From the NCBI GenBank assembly GCA_013811715.1, contig JACCUS010000004.1, positions 1-40,896 on the forward strand: DNA of 40,896 nucleotides, given 5' to 3'. Made by a program: the position numbers and the translations under genes. Numbering within the stretch: position 1 is the first letter of the stretch; each line of letters opens with the position of its first letter. The notes under the pieces were generated by a model. It worked only from the letters and a program-made list of their open reading frames with translations. It ran no database searches and was not told the DNA's origin. The stretch comes from Nocardioidaceae bacterium (GTDB lineage: Bacteria; Actinomycetota; Actinomycetes; Propionibacteriales; Nocardioidaceae). This document shows positions 18,209 to 31,152 of the stretch, piece by piece.

Positions 18209-18526
18209 CTACCTAGCCTTCTCGAGGACCTCGAGCACGCGCCAGCGCTTGGTGGCCGACAGCGGGCGGGTCTCCATGATCTTGACCCGGTCGCCGGTGC
18301 CGCACTGGTTCTGCTCGTCGTGCGCCTTGAGCTTGCTCGTACGTCGCAAGACCTTGCCGTACAGAGCATGCTTGACCCGGTCTTCGACCGACACCACGAC
18401 GGTCTTGTCCATCTTGTCGCTGACGACAAGGCCCTCCCGGATCTTGCGGTAGCCGCGCGCCTTTGTGTCGCCGGCCTGCGATGCTTCAGTCACGTTTCCC
18501 TCTTCACTCGTACTGGCCTCGGTCAT
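18209..18526 (-). CDS. rpsQ: 30S ribosomal protein S17
   Basis: [33 protein letters not shown], with an acidic N-terminal extension. ATGA overlap with rpmC. Confidence 0.93.
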   Translation of the reverse strand: MTEASTSEEGNVTEASQAGDTKARGYRKIREGLVVSDKMDKTVVVSVEDRVKHALYGKVLRRTSKLKAHDEQNQCGTGDRVKIMETRPLSATKRWRVLEVLEKAR

Positions 18527-18762
18527 GCTGCACCCTCGTCCTCGGGCCGCGCCTGCTCGGTGATGCCGAGCTCGCGCTCCCGCATGACCGTATAGATCCG
18601 GGCGATGTCACGGCGAACCGTCCGGAGCCGCCCGTGCGACTCCAGCTGGCCGGTGGCGGCCTGGAAGCGAAGGTTGAACAGCTCTTCCTTGGACTCGCGC
18701 AACTTCTCCTCCAAGGAGTCGCTGTCGAGCGGACGCAGCTCGTTTGCGGTCAGTGCACTCAT
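18523..18762 (-). CDS. rpmC: 50S ribosomal protein L29
   Basis: [30 protein letters not shown]. Confidence 0.95.
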   Translation of the reverse strand: MSALTANELRPLDSDSLEEKLRESKEELFNLRFQAATGQLESHGRLRTVRRDIARIYTVMRERELGITEQARPEDEGAA

Positions 18763-19181
18763 CAGAACTCACCTGACTCACGGCTTACGAACTTGCACCG
18801 CATCGGCAACTTGTGCATCGCGCGCCGCATCGCCTCACGGGCAACGGCCTCCGAAACGCCGGACAGCTCGAACATGACGCGCCCCGGCCTGACGTTGGCG
18901 ATCCACCACTCCGGCGACCCCTTGCCAGAACCCATCCGCGTCTCGGCCGGCTTCTTGGTGAGCGGGCGGTCCGGGTAGATGTTGATCCAGACCTTCCCGC
19001 CACGCTTGATGTGCCGGGTCATCGCAATACGAGCGGACTCGATCTGTCGGTTGCTGACGTAGTGACCCTCGACCGCCTGGATGCCGAAGTCGCCGAACGC
19101 CAACCTGGTGCCGCCCTTGGCGGCGCCGGTGCGCTTGGGGTGGTGCTGCTTACGGTGCTTGACCCTGCGGGGGATAAGCAT
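18762..19181 (-). CDS. rplP: 50S ribosomal protein L16
   Basis: [36 protein letters not shown]. Confidence 0.95.
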   Translation of the reverse strand: MLIPRRVKHRKQHHPKRTGAAKGGTRLAFGDFGIQAVEGHYVSNRQIESARIAMTRHIKRGGKVWINIYPDRPLTKKPAETRMGSGKGSPEWWIANVRPGRVMFELSGVSEAVAREAMRRAMHKLPMRCKFVSRESGEF

Positions 19182-19186
19182 GGTGC

Positions 19187-20073
<887 letters not shown>

Positions 20074-20074
<1 letters not shown>

Positions 20075-20514
20075 TAGCGAGCTCCTCCGGTTCTCTTCGA
20101 GATGGTGGGACTGGCGACGTCGTCGGCCGCCTGCACGACCAGCGTGATGTGGCTGGTGCGCTTGAGGATGCGGGTAGCCCTGCCCTGCGCGCGCGGCCTG
20201 AACCGCTTCATCGTCGGCCCTTCGTCGACCATCGCCTTGCTGATGACCAGCCCGCCTCGCTCGAGACCTTCGCCGGTGGTCGCGTTGGCCACAGCGCTCT
20301 CGAGGACCTTGTAGACGGTTTCGGCGGCGGCCTGCGGGGCGAATCGGAGGGTGGCGAGGGCGTCGTCCACCGGTGCCCCACGCACCATGTCGACGACCCG
20401 ACGTGCCTTCATCGGCGTGACGCGGACGAAGCGCGCGACGGCGAAGGCACCCGGCTGGTCACCCAGCAGGGTCTCGCGACGGGCGGACATCCGCCTGCGC
20501 TCAGTAACGGCCAT
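20074..20514 (-). CDS. rplV: 50S ribosomal protein L22
   Basis: [23 protein letters not shown] 20514 has a GAGAGAAG ribosome-binding site 8 nt upstream. TTG 20520 is an alternative start. Confidence 0.9.
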
Positions 20515-20560
20515 TGTCAATACTTCTCTCGGCAGTGGTCTTCAAGATCGGTCCCGCGTC

Positions 20561-20842
20561 CTAGCGGCGACGGCTCTTGCGGTCGTCCTTCTCATGTCCC
20601 CGGAAGGTTCGGGTCGGGGCGAACTCGCCCAGCTTGTGGCCCACCATGGAGTCGGTCACGAAGACCGGGACGTGCTTGCGTCCGTCGTGCACGGCGATCG
20701 TGTGGCCGATCATGGTCGGCACGATCATCGAACGACGTGACCACGTCTTGATGACGTTCTTGGTGCCCTTGTCGTTTTGGACGTCCACCTTCTTCTGCAG
20801 GTGGTCGTCGACGAACGGGCCTTTCTTCAGGCTGCGTGGCAT
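20561..20842 (-). CDS. rpsS: 30S ribosomal protein S19
   Basis: [19 protein letters not shown]…[13 protein letters not shown]. Confidence 0.95.
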   Translation of the reverse strand: MPRSLKKGPFVDDHLQKKVDVQNDKGTKNVIKTWSRRSMIVPTMIGHTIAVHDGRKHVPVFVTDSMVGHKLGEFAPTRTFRGHEKDDRKSRRR

Positions 20843-20859
20843 GTGTGCTCAGCCCCTTC

Positions 20860-21696
20860 TCAGCGCTTGCCGGTTTTGCTGCGACGGCGACGGACGATCA
20901 ACTGGTCACTGGGCTTGCGCTTGCGCGTCCGGCCCTCTGGCTGACCCCACGGCGAGACCGGGTGGCGGCCACCGGATGTCTTGCCCTCGCCACCACCGTG
21001 CGGGTGGTCGACCGGGTTCATGGCGACACCGCGCACGGTAGGGCGCCTACCCTTCCAGCGCATCCGACCGGCCTTGCCCCAGCTGATGTTTGACTGCTCG
21101 GCGTTACCGACCGCGCCCACTGTGGCGCGGCAACGCACATCGACGTAGCGCATCTCACCGGACGGCATCCGGAGCTGAGCTCGGTTGCCCTCCCGTGCGA
21201 CAAGCTGCACCGAGACACCGGCCGAGCGGCCGATCTTGGCGCCGCCGCCGGGTCGGAGCTCGATCGCGTGGACCGTCGTACCGACCGGGATGTTGCGCAG
21301 CGGCAGGTTGTTGCCCGGCTTGATGTCGGCGCTGGCACCGTTCTCCACGCGCATCCCCTGCCGAAGCCCGTTCGGCGCGATGATGTAGCGCTTCTCGCCG
21401 TCGGCGTAGTGCAGCAGCGCGATGCGCGCGGTGCGGTTGGGGTCGTACTCGATGTGGGCGACAGATGCGGGCACCCCGTCCTTGTCGAAGCGACGGAAGT
21501 CGACGATCCGGTAGGCGCGCTTGTGGCCGCCACCTTGGTGCCGGGTCGTGATCTTGCCCTGGTTGTTACGGCCGCCCTTCTTGGGCAGCGGCCTGACCAA
21601 CGACTTCTCCGGGGTCGAGCGCGTGACCTCGGCGAAGTCGGCGACGCTCGAGCCACGGCGAGCCGGTGTGGTCGGCTTGTACTTGCGGATACCCAT
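20860..21696 (-). CDS. rplB: 50S ribosomal protein L2
   Basis: [18 protein letters not shown]…[13 protein letters not shown]. Confidence 0.95.
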   Translation of the reverse strand: MGIRKYKPTTPARRGSSVADFAEVTRSTPEKSLVRPLPKKGGRNNQGKITTRHQGGGHKRAYRIVDFRRFDKDGVPASVAHIEYDPNRTARIALLHYADGEKRYIIAPNGLRQGMRVENGASADIKPGNNLPLRNIPVGTTVHAIELRPGGGAKIGRSAGVSVQLVAREGNRAQLRMPSGEMRYVDVRCRATVGAVGNAEQSNISWGKAGRMRWKGRRPTVRGVAMNPVDHPHGGGEGKTSGGRHPVSPWGQPEGRTRKRKPSDQLIVRRRRSKTGKR

Positions 21697-21725
21697 GAGT
21701 TCTCAGTCCTCGTTGTCGCGCCCGG

Positions 21726-22031
21726 TCAGGAGACCGGACCTCCGAAGATGTCGATGCGCTGACCCTCGGCCACGCTGACGATGGCGCGCTTGGTTTCGGG
21801 CCGGCTGCCCCAGCCGAGGCGGGTTCGGCGACGCTTGCCCGGGCGGTTGATCGTGTTGACGCTGGTGACCTTGACGTTGAACACCTTCTCGACCGCGATC
21901 TTGATCTCGGTCTTGTTGGAGTCGGGGCGCACCAAGAACGTGTACTTGTTCTGGTCGAGCAGGCCGTAGGACTTCTCGCTCACGACTGGGGCGAGGAGCA
22001 CGTCGCGGTGGTCCTTGTAGAGGTTGCTCAC
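21726..22031 (-). CDS. rplW: 50S ribosomal protein L23
   Basis: [26 protein letters not shown] start overlapping the rplD stop (GTGA). Confidence 0.95.
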   Translation of the reverse strand: MSNLYKDHRDVLLAPVVSEKSYGLLDQNKYTFLVRPDSNKTEIKIAVEKVFNVKVTSVNTINRPGKRRRTRLGWGSRPETKRAIVSVAEGQRIDIFGGPVS

Positions 22032-22771
22032 TTGCCGTCCTCCCCGTGCTCGGCTGTCCCGGTGGCGGGCTCTGCCGTCTCCGGGGCAGTCGCGGCCTCG
22101 TCCTCGGCCTCCCTCGATGTCGCGACGGCCTTGCCGGACTTGCCGGTCGTCGGCCCGGCGACGAATGCGTCGTAGGCGGCCTTGGTGAAGATGACGTCGT
22201 CGCTCCGCAGCACGTCGTAGGTGTTGAGCTGGTCGACGGCGAGCAAGTGGACGGCGTCGACGTTGCGCAGGCTTCGCCGGGTCGCATGGTCGCCGCGCTC
22301 GAGCACGATGAGCGCCCTTGGCCGCTCGGTGAGCTTGGCGAGGAACCCGAGCGCCGATCTCGTAGAGGGCGTGTCGCCGGAGACGAAACTCTCCACGACG
22401 TGAACTCGACCGTCACGAGCCCGGTCGGACAACGCACCCCGGAGCGCGGCAGCCTTCATCTTCTTCGGCGTGCGCTGCGCGTAACTGCGTGGCGTCGGGC
22501 CGTGGACGACGCCGCCACCCACGAACTGCGGCGCCCGGATCGAGCCCTGGCGAGCTCGGCCGGTGCCCTTCTGTCGGTACGGCTTCGCGCCGCCGCCGGC
22601 GACCTCAGCCCGCGTCTTCGTGTCATGGCTGCCTTGTCGAGCCGCAGCGAGCTGCGCGACCACCACTTGATGGATCAACGGGATGTTGACCTGGGTGTCG
22701 AAGATCTCGGCGGGCAGGTCGACGGTGCCGGCCTTCTTGCCGGCGGCGTCGAGGACGTCAAGTGTGTTCAC
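22028..22771 (-). CDS. rplD: 50S ribosomal protein L4
   Basis: [34 protein letters not shown], with an acidic C-terminal tail. GTG start overlapping the rplC stop. Confidence 0.95.
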   Translation of the reverse strand: MNTLDVLDAAGKKAGTVDLPAEIFDTQVNIPLIHQVVVAQLAAARQGSHDTKTRAEVAGGGAKPYRQKGTGRARQGSIRAPQFVGGGVVHGPTPRSYAQRTPKKMKAAALRGALSDRARDGRVHVVESFVSGDTPSTRSALGFLAKLTERPRALIVLERGDHATRRSLRNVDAVHLLAVDQLNTYDVLRSDDVIFTKAAYDAFVAGPTTGKSGKAVATSREAEDEAATAPETAEPATGTAEHGEDGK

Positions 22772-23463
22772 GACTCGACTCCCCTCGCCTTGGCAGCGCT
22801 GCGCAGTACGACGACGGTGCCGCGCGGACCGGGGACGGCGCCCTTGATGAGGACCAAACCCTTCTCGGCGTCGACAGAGTGCACTGTCAGGTTCTGGGTG
22901 GTGACCACGTCGTTGCCCATCCGACCTGGCATCCGCATCCCCTTGAAGACGCGGCCCGGGGTGGCGCAGCCGCCGATCGAGCCCGGCTTACGGTGGTTCT
23001 TGTGCGAGCCGTGCGACGCGCTGACACCGGCGAAGCCGTGTCGCTTCATCACGCCGGCGAAGCCTTTGCCCTTGCTGGTGCCGGTGACGTCGACCAGCTC
23101 CCCAGCCGTGAACAGGTCAGCGTTCAGCTGCTGGCCGAGGGTGTAGCCGGCGGCGTCCGCCGTACGGATCTCGATGACGTGGCGACGCGGCGTCACCCCA
23201 GCCTTCTCGAAGTGCCCGGCCAGCGGCTTGGTGACCTTCGCCGCCTTGATCTCGCCGAAGCCGAGCTGCACGGCGGTGTAGCCGTCGGTGTCGACGGCCC
23301 GGACCTGGGTCACGACGTTGGACGCGGCCGAGATTACCGTGACGGGCACGACCCTGTTGTTCTCGTCCCACAGCTGGGTCATGCCGAGCTTGGTGCCCAA
23401 CAGGCCACGGACGTTTCGCCCAGTGCCGGTTGGCGCAGTGGTGCTCGTCGGTGTAGTGCTCAT
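22768..23463 (-). CDS. rplC: 50S ribosomal protein L3
   Basis: [24 protein letters not shown]…[17 protein letters not shown]. Confidence 0.95.
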   Translation of the reverse strand: MSTTPTSTTAPTGTGRNVRGLLGTKLGMTQLWDENNRVVPVTVISAASNVVTQVRAVDTDGYTAVQLGFGEIKAAKVTKPLAGHFEKAGVTPRRHVIEIRTADAAGYTLGQQLNADLFTAGELVDVTGTSKGKGFAGVMKRHGFAGVSASHGSHKNHRKPGSIGGCATPGRVFKGMRMPGRMGNDVVTTQNLTVHSVDAEKGLVLIKGAVPGPRGTVVVLRSAAKARGVES

Positions 23464-23476
23464 GGGTGTCTGTTCC

Positions 23477-23785
23477 TCAGAGCTTGATCTCGATGTCGAC
23501 GCCGGCCGGCAGTTCGAGCCGCATCAGTGAGTCGACAGTCTTCGGCGTAGGGTCAATGATGTCGATGAGCCGCTTGTGCGTGCGCATCTCGAAGTGCTCG
23601 CGGCTGTCCTTGTACTTGTGCGGCGAGCGGATCACGCAGAACACGTTCTTCTCCGTGGGAAGCGGCACCGGGCCCGCGACCTTGGCACCAGTACGCGTCA
23701 CCGTGTCGACGATCTTGCGCGCCGAGCTGTCGATGACCTCATGGTCGTAGGCCTTGAGCCGGATGCGGATCTTTTGTCCCGCCAT
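23477..23785 (-). CDS. rpsJ: 30S ribosomal protein S10
   Basis: [26 protein letters not shown], 102 aa. I chose the internal ATG 23785 within a 140-aa ORF. Confidence 0.95.
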   Translation of the reverse strand: MAGQKIRIRLKAYDHEVIDSSARKIVDTVTRTGAKVAGPVPLPTEKNVFCVIRSPHKYKDSREHFEMRTHKRLIDIIDPTPKTVDSLMRLELPAGVDIEIKL

Positions 23786-23827
23786 GCTCGCTTCCATCCT
23801 TCTACTCGAACCGCTGATGACAACTGC

Positions 23828-23963
23828 GGACCCCCGGTCGGGGTCCAATGCCCGGATTGTCCGACCCCCGAGGTCGGGCGTGTCGAACCGTGTGCACACA
23901 GCACGTCGATCGAATGGTCGTTGGTCGGGGGAGTTCTGTCAGCCCGACTCCCCCTTTTGGGGG
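23828..23963 (-). promoter_or_regulatory. Structured 5' leader of the S10 operon (several GC-rich hairpins, including mutually exclusive pairings)
   Basis: Stems at 23828-23846 (GGACCCC/GGGGTCC) and 23859-23879. GGGGGAGT (23927-23934) pairs with ACTCCCCC (23947-23954), which can instead pair with GGGGG (23959-23963). Confidence 0.35.
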
Positions 23964-24212
23964 CCCGGGCACCTCGTGGCGCCTCCGGTTCGGCGAGACC
24001 GACCAGCTCCATGAGTGGTGCACGATCTGCCCCGGCGACCCCGCTGGGCAACCCCGTTAGTCTGCCAGACGCCCGGCGGCATGCCAAATCGCGCCACCTC
24101 CGTCGACCGCCAACCTCCACGAGTTGCGATGCTTACAAGCCGGGTGTCTTAGTGCGGCGGCAGGCAACCTCGGTTTGCGGGGGCCGAGGTGTGTGCCTGC
24201 GGCGCCAGGGAG

Positions 24213-24722
24213 TTAGGTCAAAAAGTATGGCGGACCCTCCACGACGGACGCGTGCTCGATCCGACGGACCGCGCTCCCCTTGAGCTGCGGAAGTTCGTCT
24301 CGCGCGAACCAACTGACGGCGACGTTCTCCTCGTCGGCGACCCGTGCGCGCCCGGAGACGTATCGACAGCGAAAGGTGAGGGTGAGGAACTGGCACTGGT
24401 CACCGTTCGGCAATACCATCGGCGGGTCGGCGACCAGCGCCGCCAATCGTTCGACCTTCGCCTCCACCCCAGTCTCCTCACGGATCTCCCGCACCAACCC
24501 CTGGGCCGGCTGCTCCCCGGGCTCCAAGATGCCGCTGACAAGAGCCCACCTTCGGTGCTCGACACGCTGGGTCAGCAGAACCCGGCCGGCATCGTCGAAG
24601 ACGACGCCGCAGACCCCAGAGAGCCACAACGGGGCATGGCCGATGTTCTCGCGCAGCTCCACGATGAAGTCGGGCGTCGGCACCGCAACACCATAGCCAA
24701 GCGGGCGGCAGGCGTGGGCCAC
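24213..24722 (-). CDS. NUDIX hydrolase
   Basis: Intact Nudix box GILEPGEQPAQGLVREIREETGV (Gx5Ex7REUxEExGU). Confidence 0.85.
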   Translation of the reverse strand: MAHACRPLGYGVAVPTPDFIVELRENIGHAPLWLSGVCGVVFDDAGRVLLTQRVEHRRWALVSGILEPGEQPAQGLVREIREETGVEAKVERLAALVADPPMVLPNGDQCQFLTLTFRCRYVSGRARVADEENVAVSWFARDELPQLKGSAVRRIEHASVVEGPPYFLT

Positions 24723-24785
24723 GTGGCGTTGTGCTTACATATGGACTGCGCTGCCCGGCGCTCACGACGAAAGGGAACAGCCACC

Positions 24786-25181
24786 ATGTCCGTCCTGACC
24801 GGCTACGTTCCTACTCCTGTCGGCGAGGCTGCCCTGGAGGTCGCCATCGCCGAGGCGAAGCTGCGGGAAGTCTCGCTGATCGTGTTGAACTCTGCCCGCG
24901 GAGACGGCGGCGCCGACGACAACTTCGCCGACGACGCTACCGCCGCCAGGCTGCGCGCGCGGCTGCACGAGTCGGGAGTCAGCTATCAGCTGCTGCGCAG
25001 CGTCAGCTCCCGCGAGCCGGCCCAGGAGCTCATCGCCATGGCGACCGACATCGACGCCCACCTGATCGTCATCGGCCTGCGCAGGCGCACGCCCGTCGGC
25101 AAGCTGTTGATGGGCAGCACGGCCCAGCGGATCCTGCTCGACGCGGAGTGCCCGGTCCTGGCCGTCAAGCCGCCGCGCTGA
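24786..25181 (+). CDS. Universal stress protein (UspA family)
   Basis: 131 aa with IVIGLRRRTPVGKLLMGSTAQRILLDAECPVLAV (G-2x-G-9x-GS/T ATP motif). ATG 24786 follows AAGGGA. The upstream part of the 330-aa ORF is antisense to the NUDIX gene. Confidence 0.85.
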   Translation: MSVLTGYVPTPVGEAALEVAIAEAKLREVSLIVLNSARGDGGADDNFADDATAARLRARLHESGVSYQLLRSVSSREPAQELIAMATDIDAHLIVIGLRRRTPVGKLLMGSTAQRILLDAECPVLAVKPPR

Positions 25182-25205
25182 CAAGCAGCCCCGGCGCCAA
25201 ACCGG

Positions 25206-25667
25206 TCACCTGACGACCGCGACGACCGCCAAGACGAAGGCGGCGCCCAACAGGCCCACCCGGACACCTTGGAAGACCGACCAGCGCTCGCGCTCCGCTC
25301 GCCAGCCAGGTGGAGGCGTCGCGGCGTCGTACTGCGCGGTGCGCGTGTTGATGGGCACGTTCACCGCCAGCGTGGTGACGACGACCATGAGCGAACACCC
25401 CGCAGCCGACAACCACAGGACGCGCGCGGCGGTCGAGTCGGCGGGGGCCAGCAGCCCGGCGACGAGCAGCGAAATCCCGGTGAGCGGCATGACGACGGGC
25501 ATCACCCGCCCGTACGTGCGCAGCAGCCCCTGCTCGAACCTGACCTGCGACGGCTCGTCCTGGCCGGCGATGACCGGCTGGACCAGCCGCCACGACGCCG
25601 ACTCGGCGCCCACCACCCAGCCGGTCAGCAACAAGGCCAGCCCGCTGATCAGCGAGTAACCGTCCAT
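25206..25667 (-). CDS. Small integral membrane protein, DUF1772 (anthrone-oxygenase-like) family candidate
   Basis: 153 aa, about 4 TM segments, with VNVPINTRTAQYD resembling the conserved DUF1772 loop. GGGAGGAG ribosome-binding site. Confidence 0.65.
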   Translation of the reverse strand: MDGYSLISGLALLLTGWVVGAESASWRLVQPVIAGQDEPSQVRFEQGLLRTYGRVMPVVMPLTGISLLVAGLLAPADSTAARVLWLSAAGCSLMVVVTTLAVNVPINTRTAQYDAATPPPGWRAERERWSVFQGVRVGLLGAAFVLAVVAVVR

Positions 25668-25669
25668 TG

Positions 25670-25929
25670 CTACTCCTCCCGATGATGTACGTCGATGGGC
25701 TTGCGCGCCTGCAGGTAGAAGCGGCGGATCGTGAAGCTGATCGGCCCACCCCGAGCCGGTCCGGACTCGTGCAGCCGCAGCAGCAAGGGCGCATACTCAT
25801 CGACACCGAAGTCACCGGCTGCACTGCACGGCACTGCCGAGACGTAGTAGACGAGCGCGCCCACGGCTCTTGCTGCTCGCGCCGCCACAGGTCGAGCAGC
25901 TGCTCGGCCCGCGGGGAGTAGCCCCTCAT
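25670..25929 (-). pseudogene. Small ORF needing a 1-nt frame change near 25855-25865. It is either a frameshifted gene of about 86 codons or a 64-codon GTG-started ORF (25670-25864).
   Basis: ATG 25929 forms an ATGA overlap with the upstream stop, and 25 of its first 26 codons end in G/C. GC3 then collapses in that frame. The frame ending at TAG 25670 becomes GC3-rich (about 80%) from GTG 25864 onward. Confidence 0.4.
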
Positions 25930-26474
25930 GCCCGCCTCCGCCCTCCGCCCGAGCGAACCCCCACATCCGACTGGGCGCGCGCCCGCATCGGGATCGCCAC
26001 CCAGAGGACTACGAAGACCACGCCGATCACGCTGGTCGTCGCGACCGCCACCCCTCGGCTCAGCAGAAAGTCGAGGACCAGCAAGGTGGCCCCGCTGATG
26101 GAGGTGAAGAGGAAGACCAAGCCCGCGGCGACGTAGCGGGTGGCCGCCCGGATCAGGTCGTCCTTCATCCGACGCCCGAACACCAGCCGGTGAAAGGGGA
26201 CCGGCGCCACCAGAAAGCCGGTCGCAAGCGTGGCGGAGACGAGCGTGACCACGTAGACGTCGCGCTGGAAGTCGCTGACCGCGGTGAAGCGTGACTGGAA
26301 CGCGAGACTGAGCAGGAAGCCGAAGAGAATCTGGATGCCGGCCTGCATCACCCGCAGTTCTTGCAGCAGCTCGTTGTAGTTGCGGTCGAGCCGCGCCGAC
26401 ATCGTCTCGTCACGTTCGTACGACGTTGTGGATGCCTCGCCGGATCGGTCAGCCATCTCCTGATTCAACACCAC
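25926..26474 (-). CDS. Membrane protein, DUF6328-like
   Basis: LDRNYNELLQELRVMQAGIQILFGFLLSLAFQSRF followed by further TM segments. The start is ambiguous: GTG 26474 or ATG 26456. Confidence 0.7.
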   Translation of the reverse strand: MVLNQEMADRSGEASTTSYERDETMSARLDRNYNELLQELRVMQAGIQILFGFLLSLAFQSRFTAVSDFQRDVYVVTLVSATLATGFLVAPVPFHRLVFGRRMKDDLIRAATRYVAAGLVFLFTSISGATLLVLDFLLSRGVAVATTSVIGVVFVVLWVAIPMRARAQSDVGVRSGGGRRRA

Positions 26475-26478
26475 GCCA

Positions 26479-26510
26479 GCGGGTCCCGAACCTCAAGGTT
26501 CGGGACCCGC
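26479..26510 (-). terminator. Perfect 14-bp GC-rich hairpin downstream of tuf; candidate intrinsic terminator of the str operon
   Basis: GCGGGTCCCGAACC-tcaa-GGTTCGGGACCCGC, 25 nt after the tuf stop. On the minus strand it is followed by TGGCGTGGTGTTG, a weak T tract. Confidence 0.6.
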
Positions 26511-26535
26511 CCCGCTTGAAGCAGGTGGAGTCAGG

Positions 26536-27729
<1,194 letters not shown>

Positions 27730-27791
27730 TTGGACTTCCTCCTAGTTAGAAATTGACTCGTCAGGTGTACGCGGGTCAGCAACCCACTGGG

Positions 27792-29897
<2,106 letters not shown>

Positions 29898-29998
29898 GGT
29901 CGGCGCTTTCCCCTAACGGTCTCTTGGTGGGTGGGTGTGCTGCGCACAGAGGTACGACGTGCGGCGGGCCGCTCGGGCCACCGCGCCGTACATCGTCG

Positions 29999-30469
29999 TC
30001 ACCAGCGGTAGTGGGCGAAGGCCTTGTTGGACTCGGCCATCTTGTGGGTGTCCTCGCGGCGCTTCACGGCCGCCCCGAGGCCGTTGGACGCGTCGAGCAG
30101 CTCGTTCATGAGGCGCTCGGACATCGCCTTCTCGCGGCGAGCCTGGGAGTACTGGACGAGCCAGCGCAAGGCGAGGGTGGTGGAGCGGCTCGGTCGCACC
30201 TCGACCGGCACCTGGTAGGTCGCACCTCCGACCCGGCGGCTCCGGACCTCCAGCGTGGGCTTGACGTTGTCGAGCGCACGCTTGAGCGTGACGACCGGGT
30301 CAGTGCTGGTCTTCTCGCGGCAGCCTTCCATCGCCGTATGCACGATGCGCTCGGCCACCTGCTTCTTCCCGTCCACGAGCACCTTGTTGATGAGCTGGGT
30401 CACCAGCTGGCTGCCGTAGACGGGGTCGATCTCGACCGGACGCTTCGGTGCGGGGCCCTTGCGTGGCAT
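29999..30469 (-). CDS. rpsG: 30S ribosomal protein S7
   Basis: [20 protein letters not shown]…AFAHYRW, 156 aa. I chose the internal ATG 30469. TGATG overlap with rpsL. Confidence 0.95.
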   Translation of the reverse strand: MPRKGPAPKRPVEIDPVYGSQLVTQLINKVLVDGKKQVAERIVHTAMEGCREKTSTDPVVTLKRALDNVKPTLEVRSRRVGGATYQVPVEVRPSRSTTLALRWLVQYSQARREKAMSERLMNELLDASNGLGAAVKRREDTHKMAESNKAFAHYRW

Positions 30470-30843
30470 CAGCTCTTCTCCTTCTTCGCGCCGTACCGGC
30501 TGCGCGCCTGCTTGCGGTTCTTGACACCTTGGGTGTCGAGTGAGCCGCGAATGATCTTGTAGCGGACACCCGGAAGGTCCTTGACCCGGCCGCCACGCAC
30601 CAGCACTATTGAGTGCTCTTGCAGGTTGTGACCCACGCCGGGGATGTACGCCGTCACCTCGATGCCACTGGTCAAGCGCACCCGCGCGACCTTGCGCAGA
30701 GCGGAGTTCGGCTTCTTGGGGGTGGTGGTGTAGACACGCGTGCACACGCCGCGCCGCTGAGGAGATCCCTTCAGGGCGGGCGTCTTCTGCTTCGACACCT
30801 TGTCCTGGCGGCCCTTGCGGACCAGCTGGTTGATGGTGGGCAC
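30469..30843 (-). CDS. rpsL: 30S ribosomal protein S12
   Basis: (V)[50 protein letters not shown], 124 aa. GTG 30843 preceded by GGAAAGAG. Confidence 0.95.
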   Translation of the reverse strand: MPTINQLVRKGRQDKVSKQKTPALKGSPQRRGVCTRVYTTTPKKPNSALRKVARVRLTSGIEVTAYIPGVGHNLQEHSIVLVRGGRVKDLPGVRYKIIRGSLDTQGVKNRKQARSRYGAKKEKS

Positions 30844-31084
30844 CGCGTCGTTCTCTTTCCTGTCGATTTCGCTTCGCTGGGGTGCTGTGCTGTCGAACGC
30901 CTGCGCTGGCGACCCCCGCGGCCGGGCGTGTCGCCCGGTCCCCAGGCCACGACTCCGGACAGGAGTCCGGGGTGCGTGTTGGGTCCGGTACGCAGACCTC
31001 GTGGCTGCCGTTCGTTTCGCTGTCAGCGTGACGAGCCGATCAGGCACACGAGAGGGCCTAGAACACATCCAGGCACGAACGCCT

Positions 31085-31113
31085 AGATTACCGGCTCGCC
31101 TGGCTACGGTCAA
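31085..31113 (-). promoter_or_regulatory. Putative sigma-A-type promoter of rpsL-rpsG-fusA-tuf (TTGACC-17 nt-TAATCT)
   Basis: -35 at 31108-31113 and -10 at 31085-31090 on the minus strand. This implies a leader of about 235 nt. Confidence 0.5.
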
Positions 31114-31152
31114 AGTCGACGAAGGTGCAGCTGTGGACCCCGCGAGGGAGGC

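Noticed and set aside
24166-24190. The ACCTCGG-N10-CCGAGGT hairpin after the NUDIX stop, considered as an intrinsic terminator.
   Set aside because: It has only 7 bp with a 10-nt loop and no U tract on the transcribed strand. That is not distinguishable from chance at this GC content.
23576-24283. Several 70-235-aa ORFs on both strands in the rpsJ upstream region (for example 23698-24120 on the minus strand and 23848-24060 on the plus strand).
   Set aside because: The translations are Arg/Pro/Gly-rich with no motif, no ribosome-binding site and no frame-specific GC3 signal that I could see. I treat the region as non-coding leader or intergenic sequence.
25855-25865. Programmed ribosomal frameshifting as the explanation for the frame change in the small ORF.
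   Set aside because: There is no slippery heptamer and no obvious downstream stimulatory structure at the junction. An indel, a pseudogene or an internal GTG start is more parsimonious.
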